Assembly: GCA_044229845.1 (NCBI GenBank)
Contig: JBGASG010000003.1
Coordinates: 192,001-256,000 of the forward strand
From: Candidatus Obscuribacteraceae bacterium
Lineage (GTDB): Bacteria > Cyanobacteriota > Vampirovibrionia > Obscuribacterales > Obscuribacteraceae
Direction of reading: 5' to 3'
DNA length: 64,000 nt
Shown here: piece by piece, positions 1 to 7,858 of the stretch
Numbering within the stretch: position 1 is the first letter of the stretch
Layout of the letters: each line of letters starts with the position of its first letter
Position numbers and translations under genes: made by a program
The notes under the pieces: model-generated
Told to the model about the DNA's origin: nothing
Database searches by the model: none
The model's input: the letters and a program-made list of their open reading frames with translations, nothing else

Positions 1-1
1 T

Positions 2-109
2 GGCTGGCTCTGTCGGGAGGAAACATCGAAGACGAACGCTCCGGACATCGATATACCGGTGCGCCCCGCTGTTTCCACTCCGGAGAAAGAACTGGTTGCG
101 ACTCGCTGA
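2..109 (+). CDS. possible 3' end of an upstream gene (partial)
   Basis: Frame 2 is open from the window start to TGA at 107-109 (GWLCREETSKTNAPDIDIPVRPAVSTPEKELVATR), ending just before the next ATG. Frame 1 is also open here, so this is ambiguous. Confidence 0.25.
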   Translation, partial: GWLCREETSKTNAPDIDIPVRPAVSTPEKELVATR

Positions 110-123
110 CCTCACAATCTCAA

Positions 124-915
124 ATGAAGCTTCGCGACGCAGTAATTCAAACAGAACGTTTTTTTGAGCGCATGCTCGGCACCTATGAAAAGGGACCGAC
201 CAGCACTACAGATCCCGACTTGCTGACACTGTCGGAAAAGTACAAGCTGCAAATCATCACCGACTACTCAGCCGACGAGCAGACCTTTTCTTTTTCCGCG
301 CTCGACAAAGCACAACGGAAAAACGCTCGCGATTTGCTGGAGACAGAACTTGATCTGTACACTCCGCAAGCAATCCACGACAGCAGATTGGAACGCATCG
401 TTCTGTGTTCCGACTTGAAGGGCGGTGAAGACACCGTCTCAGGGCTTGCCGACATGGGCTTTTTGATTGTCGACACGATTTTCATCAACATCGACCGCGT
501 CAAGAAATTCTGGGAGCACGCGCAGCGCACCGTTCATCACGAACTCTTTCACTGCATGGACTTTTTCGATGACGGACTGATTGATTTCGAGTGGAGAAAA
601 CTCAACCAGCCCGGTTTCACCTACTGGCACCTGAACAATCTCACGGTCAAAGAAACGCACAAGGGTGGGTTTCTTCAAGACTATTGCATGAAGTCGGAGT
701 GGGAAGATAAAGCGGTTGTCTATAGCTATCTGATCGTCAATCATGCCGAAGTTCTGCGCCGCTGCGAGAAGGACAAAATTCTGGCTGAGAAAGTAGAACG
801 CATGAAGGAGATCGTACTAAAGATTTCACCGGAGTTCGACGATCAGTTCTGGGAGCGCATCAATCAGCGCTCACTGAAACACTCGCGCGAGTTCAGCATT
901 CCAGGACACGTGTAA
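124..915 (+). CDS. putative zinc-dependent metallopeptidase
   Basis: 263-aa ORF with HExxH (HHELFH) and a downstream ..SEWEDKA.. motif that could supply the third Zn ligand. Confidence 0.65.
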   Translation: MKLRDAVIQTERFFERMLGTYEKGPTSTTDPDLLTLSEKYKLQIITDYSADEQTFSFSALDKAQRKNARDLLETELDLYTPQAIHDSRLERIVLCSDLKGGEDTVSGLADMGFLIVDTIFINIDRVKKFWEHAQRTVHHELFHCMDFFDDGLIDFEWRKLNQPGFTYWHLNNLTVKETHKGGFLQDYCMKSEWEDKAVVYSYLIVNHAEVLRRCEKDKILAEKVERMKEIVLKISPEFDDQFWERINQRSLKHSREFSIPGHV

Positions 916-932
916 ATCAGACAACGGTCTGA

Positions 933-2675
933 TTACTTGGCCGGTGGCGGCGTAAAGAAAGGCGGGTTGGAGGTCGGCTCGGGTTTCTTCTTCACCTTGG
1001 AGCTGTTGCTGAGCGGCGGAGGAGTAAACATCGGTGGTGCTACATCCGGTGTCACCGATTTTTTCTTTTCCGGTGCCCCAATCGGTGGTGGCGTGAACAT
1101 CGGAGGCGTCAGCTTTTCATCATCGGTAATGGGCGGCGGCATAAACATGGGTGGTGCCAGTTTTGACGTGTCAGGGGGCTCCGGTGGAATGAAAGAGGGC
1201 GGTGGCAAATAGACGGGCGGTGCGGTGCTCGTCGATTTGGGCGTAAACTGCAAGGACGGGTACTGCGCATAGAGATGAGCCATGGTGGCTTTATCCCGAT
1301 TGCTCAATCCTTTCTGCCTCAAATCAGAACGGAAGTACATTACGTCTTTAATCAGCTTCGAGTGTCCAAGACCGAGTGCATGTCCGAACTCGTGCAAGAC
1401 AGTGTGTGCGCATTCACCTTCTTTCTCCGCTTCGTCGGGATGGAACGGATCGACAGTGCTGATCTGCACTTTGGCGTGACTGAGAGCACCCGTTTCACTG
1501 CACTCGCATGACGTCAGTCCGCAAACCAGAGTGTTGGCGTGCGAACTGCCGGCTTCCAATGGTGACGCGGTCCAGATCACTTCGATGTCCGCCTTACTTC
1601 TGTCAGAGACTATTTTGTAGTCCAGCTTGCTGCCCGAACCCGAACACCATGAATCGAGCGCCTGCTTAACCAGATTGGGATAAGAACTCTGGTAGCCTCG
1701 GACACCGGTGCCTGGCAGGATGGCGACTTTGATCGGCAACTTTTTACGAGGCCAGCGATTGGGTGATTCGTTGCCTCGCATGACCGCCAGATAATCGGGC
1801 GTTAGATTGTTGGGGTTGTTGAACTGCTTGCGATCATCAAGAAAGCCTTGCTTGCTCTCCAAAAGTAATTGACGCCGCGATAAATCGGTTTCGCCGGCGG
1901 CGCTGCGATCTATCCACATAATGGCGTCGTCGAATTTGCAGGCATCGGCATACGCCACCGCCAGACTGTGCATCGTTTGATAGTCATCCGGTTCAGACTT
2001 GAGAGCCAGCTTGCCCTCGGCTATTGCCTGTTCTGGCGCCCCTGCGTAATGGAGCACGTAACACAAGCTGGAGTGAATTGCGCCGGTGTAGGGAGTGGGA
2101 TCGTAGGTGGCTGCCTTTTCCAGAAACTTGCGTGCTTGCACATAGTTATCTTTATCGACGGCAGCCTCGCTCTTTTTCAAATAGCTGAAGGCCACCACTT
2201 CGCGTACGAGTTTTTGTGCATCACTCCTGTCATGCGGATTAGTGGTGGCACCGATGTACTTATTTAAATACTCAACAGCAGCATCGTACTTTTTGTTTCG
2301 GTAATACAACAACCCAATGTTGTAGAGCGTCTCAGTTCTGGACGGGTCGAACGACATCGTCCTTTTCAGTTCGGCTACCGCCGCATCTACGTTTTTCATT
2401 TGCTCGTAACAGTCTGCAAGCTGTTTGTGAATCGTCACCGAATAGGAGGTGGGATCGAAAGCTGCCGCGCGCACTAAAACGTCTTTAGCCTGTGAGTACT
2501 TGCCAGCCGAGATCAACTGGTCGGCTTTCAGGCACTCTTGATAAACTGCCGATTCTATTTGAAAACTCTTGATCAAGTTGCGTCCGAACGATGGCGCAAA
2601 GCTGCCGCCTGTGACAAGAAACGCCATAAGCATCGCGACCAAGATGCGGTTTTGCTGGCTTCGGTGCTTTTTCAC
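933..2675 (-). CDS. secreted TPR-repeat protein with matrixin (M10 metzincin) domain and proline-rich tail
   Basis: N-terminal signal peptide (basic then hydrophobic), TPR-like helices, HEFGHALGLGHS (HExxHxxGxxH) with a Met-turn (DVMY), and C-terminal PPxFxPPP repeats. Confidence 0.85.
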   Translation of the reverse strand: MKKHRSQQNRILVAMLMAFLVTGGSFAPSFGRNLIKSFQIESAVYQECLKADQLISAGKYSQAKDVLVRAAAFDPTSYSVTIHKQLADCYEQMKNVDAAVAELKRTMSFDPSRTETLYNIGLLYYRNKKYDAAVEYLNKYIGATTNPHDRSDAQKLVREVVAFSYLKKSEAAVDKDNYVQARKFLEKAATYDPTPYTGAIHSSLCYVLHYAGAPEQAIAEGKLALKSEPDDYQTMHSLAVAYADACKFDDAIMWIDRSAAGETDLSRRQLLLESKQGFLDDRKQFNNPNNLTPDYLAVMRGNESPNRWPRKKLPIKVAILPGTGVRGYQSSYPNLVKQALDSWCSGSGSKLDYKIVSDRSKADIEVIWTASPLEAGSSHANTLVCGLTSCECSETGALSHAKVQISTVDPFHPDEAEKEGECAHTVLHEFGHALGLGHSKLIKDVMYFRSDLRQKGLSNRDKATMAHLYAQYPSLQFTPKSTSTAPPVYLPPPSFIPPEPPDTSKLAPPMFMPPPITDDEKLTPPMFTPPPIGAPEKKKSVTPDVAPPMFTPPPLSNSSKVKKKPEPTSNPPFFTPPPAK

Positions 2676-2735
2676 GACGTGTCTCTAGTAAAATCGGACG
2701 TATCACATTATGGCGCATTTGCCGAGGAAGCACTC

Positions 2736-3404
2736 GTGGCACAAAAGGGCGAAGAGATCAAAGGTGGAACCATAGTCAGGGCGTTCATCGATCTGATTAT
2801 TGTGGGATTGCTGCTGTGCGGTGCCGGATTTGGGGGCTACTGGTACGGGATGCATGAACGCCTGGCGCCTGTGCATGACGTGCCACCGGGAACGGCCGCG
2901 GCGTTGCCGCCCAGTGTGGTCACTCCAGCATCAGGCACAGCTACGGCAACCGGCACGAGCACCGGACCAAGTACCGGCACCAGCACAACCACCGGGGCAT
3001 CGACGGCACATACTCCACCGACCAACATGTCCGGATCGGCAAAGAAAGGTAAGCGCAAATACTGGGTAGTTTCTTCAGGAATCGACTACACCGGTTTTCA
3101 AATCGTTGTGAACGTAAACGGCAACCCGGTAGACAGCTTTTTCGGTCCCGGCAAAAGCGTCGATGTGACTCGCTTTGTCAAACCGGGACAGGAAAATGAA
3201 GTGACGTTCGAAGAGAAGGCGATGGGAGAGAAATACAACAAGCATCCGGGAGATGAATCGGCAGAACTCAAGGTGCGCCTCGTTCATGGACCGCAGATAA
3301 CCGAGGATTTCAAACCTGAAGACGTGCTGATTACTGTCACGCGCAACGCGGCCGAAAGCGAAAGCATGGATGAGACCAAACAATTTGAGGCGGCTGCGGA
3401 ATGA
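2736..3404 (+). CDS. membrane-anchored hypothetical protein
   Basis: In-frame GTG at 2736 after GAGGAAG. One TM helix (IDLIIVGLLLCGAGFGGYWYG), a Thr/Gly/Pro linker, and a beta-rich C-terminal domain. Confidence 0.7.
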   Translation: MAQKGEEIKGGTIVRAFIDLIIVGLLLCGAGFGGYWYGMHERLAPVHDVPPGTAAALPPSVVTPASGTATATGTSTGPSTGTSTTTGASTAHTPPTNMSGSAKKGKRKYWVVSSGIDYTGFQIVVNVNGNPVDSFFGPGKSVDVTRFVKPGQENEVTFEEKAMGEKYNKHPGDESAELKVRLVHGPQITEDFKPEDVLITVTRNAAESESMDETKQFEAAAE

Positions 3405-3838
3405 AAGCCGGCGGCATCATGGTTTCGATGATTCTGATCGCGGACGCGTTTTTCGTCGGCTACTTTTTGGGGTTTCATTCGCGTAGTGTTGACGTGATCG
3501 ATCCCAACATGAAGCCAGCACCGCCACCTGCAGTAATCAAACCGGCGGCGCCGACAGTACCGGCTAAACCGGGGGCCGCGACGCCGGCTAAACCAGGAAC
3601 CGCAACGCCGGCTGCCGATCCGGGTAAACCAGGAGCCGCCACACCGGCTAAGTCGGCGGGCACAAACTCCAAGTCGAAGGGCTCCAGCACAAAGTCCGGC
3701 AAAGCAACGGCTGCTAAGGCAACCAAAACCACGGGAACCAAGGGAACGAAGACTACCGACAAGAATCCAAAAGGCAAGAAAGGCGACTCCCCAAAGTCGC
3801 CTTCCAAGTCGGTCCCGGCTAAAAACCATCAGACTTAG
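3401..3838 (+). CDS. membrane-anchored Pro/Ala/Lys-rich low-complexity protein
   Basis: ATGA overlap with the upstream gene. N-terminal TM ending GYFLG resembles that of the neighbour; PAKPG repeats follow. Confidence 0.65.
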   Translation: MKAGGIMVSMILIADAFFVGYFLGFHSRSVDVIDPNMKPAPPPAVIKPAAPTVPAKPGAATPAKPGTATPAADPGKPGAATPAKSAGTNSKSKGSSTKSGKATAAKATKTTGTKGTKTTDKNPKGKKGDSPKSPSKSVPAKNHQT

Positions 3839-4956
3839 ATTGGTCCGGCGGGCGGCACACCAAATTCCTGCTCAAGCGATTGCACTCCGAATGTGCCGGC
3901 GATGCCTCCCAAGATGACCAACGGAATCTTGTAGCGGGCTGGGAACGCCTGGCAAATCTTGCCAGCTGCGGCGGAGCCGCCTTCGTATCCGAACCAGTTG
4001 ATTCCTGTTTGAGCCAGCCGCTCGTGCCCCTGCTCCAGTCCTCTGTTATAAGCCCCGAATACGTCTGTGACAGTGACCGCGACCCCCAGCAATCCCAGCT
4101 TGCCAGCCATTCTTTGCCATTTGCCGGACGGAAGCAAGTGCGTCGATTCGACGGCGCATGTGCCGCCATCTGCGGTGCGCCTCACCTGGTCGCGGAAATC
4201 CAAAAGCACCACGTCGACGGCCGGGTCTTCCGCAAACAGCGGGTCGCATGGCAGTCTATGGATGTTGTCGCCCGTGCCCTTGTTGATATCAAAGGGCAGC
4301 AGCTTTCCACTGGGTGAAACCAGCGGTGCTGGGTAATGCGTGAACAAATGCCTGTTCACTGCACTCGCTGCTTGCGAGCGCGATAGGGAATCCCAACTCG
4401 GATAATAGTGCGTATCGAACACATTGCCCCCCAGATCGTTGATGCGCAGCGCCATCGTACGCGCACTGGTCTCCGCCTGCTGGACACCGAGGCACTGAGA
4501 AACAAAGGCTTCCGACATGTAAGCGCGCGCTTCAGACAGCAAGGCACGCTTTGCCATAATCGGTTCCGCTCGGTGACCGGGCGGCAAATCATACAGAATG
4601 ATTCCGTCGTGGTGCCCGACTTCATGAGCAAGCCATGCGGCTGCCACTTTGGTAGGATTCTCAATGGGTGCACCGACAGCATGTGACAGCTGTTCTGCCG
4701 GGTTGTGCCAGAAGGTGACCATCTTCGCATCAGCGTGATAGGCCACGTCAGAAACGTTTTTGACAGACTCGAAAATCCAGCCGTCCTTTTGCATGTCGGA
4801 CAGGCGTTGGACTAGCTGTTTACCGGTCGAGCCGCACCGCGAGAGCAGCTCACACTGCGCCTCTAACGGATTGCCCCAGGATGCAGTGGCCGCCCACATC
4901 GCGCTGCGAATAGCTAAACCATCTGTGGTGGCATGAAAAGTTTCTTGTGTGTCCAT
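3835..4956 (-). CDS. putative gluzincin-type metallopeptidase with C-terminal glycine-rich hydrophobic helices
   Basis: AHEVGHH (HExxH) plus a downstream SEARA glutamate. C-terminal GLLGVAVTV and ILGGIAGTFG segments. Confidence 0.6.
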   Translation of the reverse strand: MDTQETFHATTDGLAIRSAMWAATASWGNPLEAQCELLSRCGSTGKQLVQRLSDMQKDGWIFESVKNVSDVAYHADAKMVTFWHNPAEQLSHAVGAPIENPTKVAAAWLAHEVGHHDGIILYDLPPGHRAEPIMAKRALLSEARAYMSEAFVSQCLGVQQAETSARTMALRINDLGGNVFDTHYYPSWDSLSRSQAASAVNRHLFTHYPAPLVSPSGKLLPFDINKGTGDNIHRLPCDPLFAEDPAVDVVLLDFRDQVRRTADGGTCAVESTHLLPSGKWQRMAGKLGLLGVAVTVTDVFGAYNRGLEQGHERLAQTGINWFGYEGGSAAAGKICQAFPARYKIPLVILGGIAGTFGVQSLEQEFGVPPAGPI

Positions 4957-5000
4957 TGATGCATTGTCCTCTGCGAGTGAGCAGCATCGTAGGCACCAGA

Positions 5001-5442
5001 TGTGGAGTCAGCGTGGAGAGAGTGTGGAGAAAGTTGGACCTGGCAGCGGAAAGTACGTGTCTGCAAAATGGTGCGCAAAACCAAGCGCACCGCATGCGTC
5101 CGGGCGTCATCCGGAAGCAGAGGCGGTGCGAGCGAGGTCCCTTGGGGTAGCTGATGATCTTTAGCCGATCACGTTGCTAGGGATCTTCAACTTATCAAGC
5201 ATGTGTGTACTCGTTGCGGATAAAGTGTGGAGAAAGTGTGACCGCGCATTAAATGCCGGCCGGCAGAAGGAGAGAGGCTAGCCACACGTAGCTGCCTCCC
5301 GCCCTCGCCTACCGCTAGCGGATCAGCTGGTGAGCGGAGCCCCTAGCACGCTACAGCCATACTCCACTCACTTCGCTGATTTCCAGCAGCGTAACGCGCT
5401 CGTGTGGAGAAAGAGTGGAGGGAATGTAAGGAGTGTAAGGAC
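5001..5442. repeat. three clusters of 11-bp-phased TGTGGAGAA-like (DnaA-box-like) motifs
   Basis: GTGTGGAGAAAG is exact at 5022, 5225 and 5402. Related 9-mers start at 5001/5012/5023, 5215/5226 and 5403/5414/5425. Confidence 0.6.
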
Positions 5443-5523
5443 CTCCAACAAAAGCCTCATGGCCACTGAAGAATCGCACGCGTCACCAGGAGGCAACTAT
5501 GTCTACTGAGCTTGAATAGTAAA

Positions 5524-5600
5524 TGGGGCAGATGACGGGACTTGAACCCGCGAGTACCGGAACCACAATCCGGGGCCTTAACCGCTTGGCGACACCTGCC
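5524..5600 (-). tRNA. tRNA-His(GTG)
   Basis: Minus strand GGCAGGTG...CCGGA-TTGTGGT-TCCGG...GGTTCAAGTCC...CATCTGCC-CCA. Has the G-1:C73 His identity pair and an encoded CCA. Confidence 0.96.
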
Positions 5601-5657
5601 GTACTTGGGACGATTAGAGATTCTAGCATAACCCGGATGACTGACCAGGCTGGGTTC

Positions 5658-7682
5658 TCAGTGATAGAACACAGCAAAGAGCGGCGGCAAAACACGAGCC
5701 AACGCCCCGCCAATGACGAAGGCAGCCACCCAAGATCCCACCCAAATTGAGAAGGCAATTTTAGGGCCACGTTCCTTAATCATTACGCCAAGGGTGGCAA
5801 TACACGGAACGAAGAGCGTGATCACAATCATCGAAACCACGGCTTGCACTGGTGTCAGTCCAACGTCGGTTAGACCGAAGGCGGCGAAGTCGCGCCTCAC
5901 GATGCCGAGTATGAATGTAGTAGGGATGCGAGGGTCGGGCGGCAACTGCAACAGATTGACTGTAATCGGACGCAGGACATTTATGATCACATTCAGCAAT
6001 CCGGTCTCCTGCGCCACCGTAACAACCAATCCCGCGATGGCAAACATAGAAATTGACTCCTTCAAAAAGTTGAAGGACTTGGTCCAGGTTTTGCTGAGCA
6101 CGTTACCCATGCGCGGCAAACGCATCGGGGGCAGGTCGATGAGCAGTCCGACCGCCTTTCCCGGCATCAGTTTGTTGAGCATCACCCCGGTGATCCCCAG
6201 GATAGTACCGATTACGCCACCATACACAGCCCAGGGAAGAAACCCACCAACCTTCGCCAAAGTGCCAGACACGATACCAAGCTGCGCGGAACACGGAATA
6301 GCAACCCCGAGCAACGCGGTGGCGATAATTTTCTCCCGGTTTGATGACAGCAGACGCGTCGTGACGGTAGCCATGGTCACGCACCCCAGCCCCAAAATCA
6401 AAGGAATAATGGCGCGCCCGTTCAATCCAAATTTGCACAAAATTCTATCGACGAGCACCGCCAGTCGCGGCAGGTATCCAGAATCTTCGAGCAACGAAAG
6501 CCCGAAGTAGAACGCCAGCACCAGCGGAAACAGCAATCCCAGCAGATAAGTGACAGTCAGCGTCAGAACGCCGTACTCGCCGGCTAAGGCATTGGCGATG
6601 GCACTGACGATGCCCGGATGGGCCCAGAAGTCGTAGGTCACCGTATCCGGTGGCACAGTCGCACGCGCACTATCGAACTTTTGAGCCAGCGTCGGATCGG
6701 CTGATGTGCCGCCGGTGAAATCGAATACTTCTTTGCCGACGGTAATCTTGGCGGGAGAAACGGTCGCTACAACGCGCCGAACAAGCGGCTCGTAGTACAC
6801 ACGCATGCCGGCCTTTTCGGTGAAATTGACCAGGTCGCCGGCGATCCAGATTCCCAACAATTGATAGAAGAGCAGATAGCAAACGGCGAAGCACACTATG
6901 CTGCCGTACCAAGGATGTAGAAGAAACCGACCCAGCCGCGCGGAAAAACTGGGCTTATCGGTTGTATGTTGAACAATGCGGCCGACGAGTTCGTTGACAC
7001 GCTTACGGCGCGCTCGATAGACAGTTGCCTGCATGTTTGGCGGAGCATTGGAAAACGTAGCAGCAGAGACTTCATCGCCTTCAATGGCCAGAACTGCGGC
7101 TGCGCGACTGCCACCATCTGCAACCAGCGGCGCGATCAGTTCTTGCATTTCAAGAGTAGTATCGGCAACGGTGGCACGTAAAACCGCTGTCGCAATTTGA
7201 TCGACCCCTTCACCGCGCACAGCCACTGTTTGCAAAACAGGCACGCCCAGTTCAGTTTCGAGTTTTCCGAAATCGATCTTTAGCCCGCGATCCTTCGCCT
7301 CATCGCACTGATTGACGACGACGATCATTTCCTTGCCCATGTCGAGCAGCTGCAATGTCAGAAACAAATCGCGATCCAGACTGAGAGCCGAAACCACGTT
7401 GACGATCGTTTCCGCCTCCAAAATCATCCCTCGCGCAATGCGCTCTTCATCGTTGAAGCTGGAGACGCCGTAAATGCCTGGAGTGTCCGTCAGCTCATTG
7501 TTTCCCAGTTTGCCGTGGGAAATGTCGATGGTCGTTCCGGGGTAATTGGACACGTCGGCTTTAGCGCCGGTGAGCGCGTTGAACAGCGCGGACTTGCCCA
7601 CATTCGGGTTGCCGGCCAGTGCAATTCGTCTGACGCGGGAAGCAGATGCCGTATCGGTTGCCACTGACGCGCGGGCAGCCAT
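5658..7682 (-). CDS. feoB: ferrous iron transport protein B
   Basis: G1 GNPNVGKS, NYPGTT, DTPG and NxxD GTPase motifs; LEDSGYLPR, gate-domain PCSAQ and FVPCIAT motifs; many TM helices. Start set at the ATG at 7682, which has a GAGGA RBS. Confidence 0.95.
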   Translation of the reverse strand: MAARASVATDTASASRVRRIALAGNPNVGKSALFNALTGAKADVSNYPGTTIDISHGKLGNNELTDTPGIYGVSSFNDEERIARGMILEAETIVNVVSALSLDRDLFLTLQLLDMGKEMIVVVNQCDEAKDRGLKIDFGKLETELGVPVLQTVAVRGEGVDQIATAVLRATVADTTLEMQELIAPLVADGGSRAAAVLAIEGDEVSAATFSNAPPNMQATVYRARRKRVNELVGRIVQHTTDKPSFSARLGRFLLHPWYGSIVCFAVCYLLFYQLLGIWIAGDLVNFTEKAGMRVYYEPLVRRVVATVSPAKITVGKEVFDFTGGTSADPTLAQKFDSARATVPPDTVTYDFWAHPGIVSAIANALAGEYGVLTLTVTYLLGLLFPLVLAFYFGLSLLEDSGYLPRLAVLVDRILCKFGLNGRAIIPLILGLGCVTMATVTTRLLSSNREKIIATALLGVAIPCSAQLGIVSGTLAKVGGFLPWAVYGGVIGTILGITGVMLNKLMPGKAVGLLIDLPPMRLPRMGNVLSKTWTKSFNFLKESISMFAIAGLVVTVAQETGLLNVIINVLRPITVNLLQLPPDPRIPTTFILGIVRRDFAAFGLTDVGLTPVQAVVSMIVITLFVPCIATLGVMIKERGPKIAFSIWVGSWVAAFVIGGALARVLPPLFAVFYH

Positions 7683-7699
7683 GAAAGGTCCTCGATTTC

Positions 7700-7718
7700 G
7701 ATATTGTGAAATATTATC
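7700..7718 (-). promoter_or_regulatory. putative Fur box
   Basis: Minus strand GATAATATTTCACAATATC matches the Fur consensus GATAATGATAATCATTATC at 13/19 positions and lies 17 bp upstream of the feoB start. Confidence 0.65.
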
Positions 7719-7858
7719 AAGCGGTGCGCGCAAGCGGTCAATCCACCGGCCTTTCTAACATTTTGAGATGCATTACAGAGCTCTATGAGCCAGGTCTTTG
7801 GAACCCCGGGAGCGGCTGTGCTAGAGTCCTTCGGTCGGAAATGCGAGCAATTTTGGGG

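Noticed and set aside
5483..5770. Short ORFs over 5483-5770
   Set aside because: They overlap tRNA-His and the feoB 3' end.
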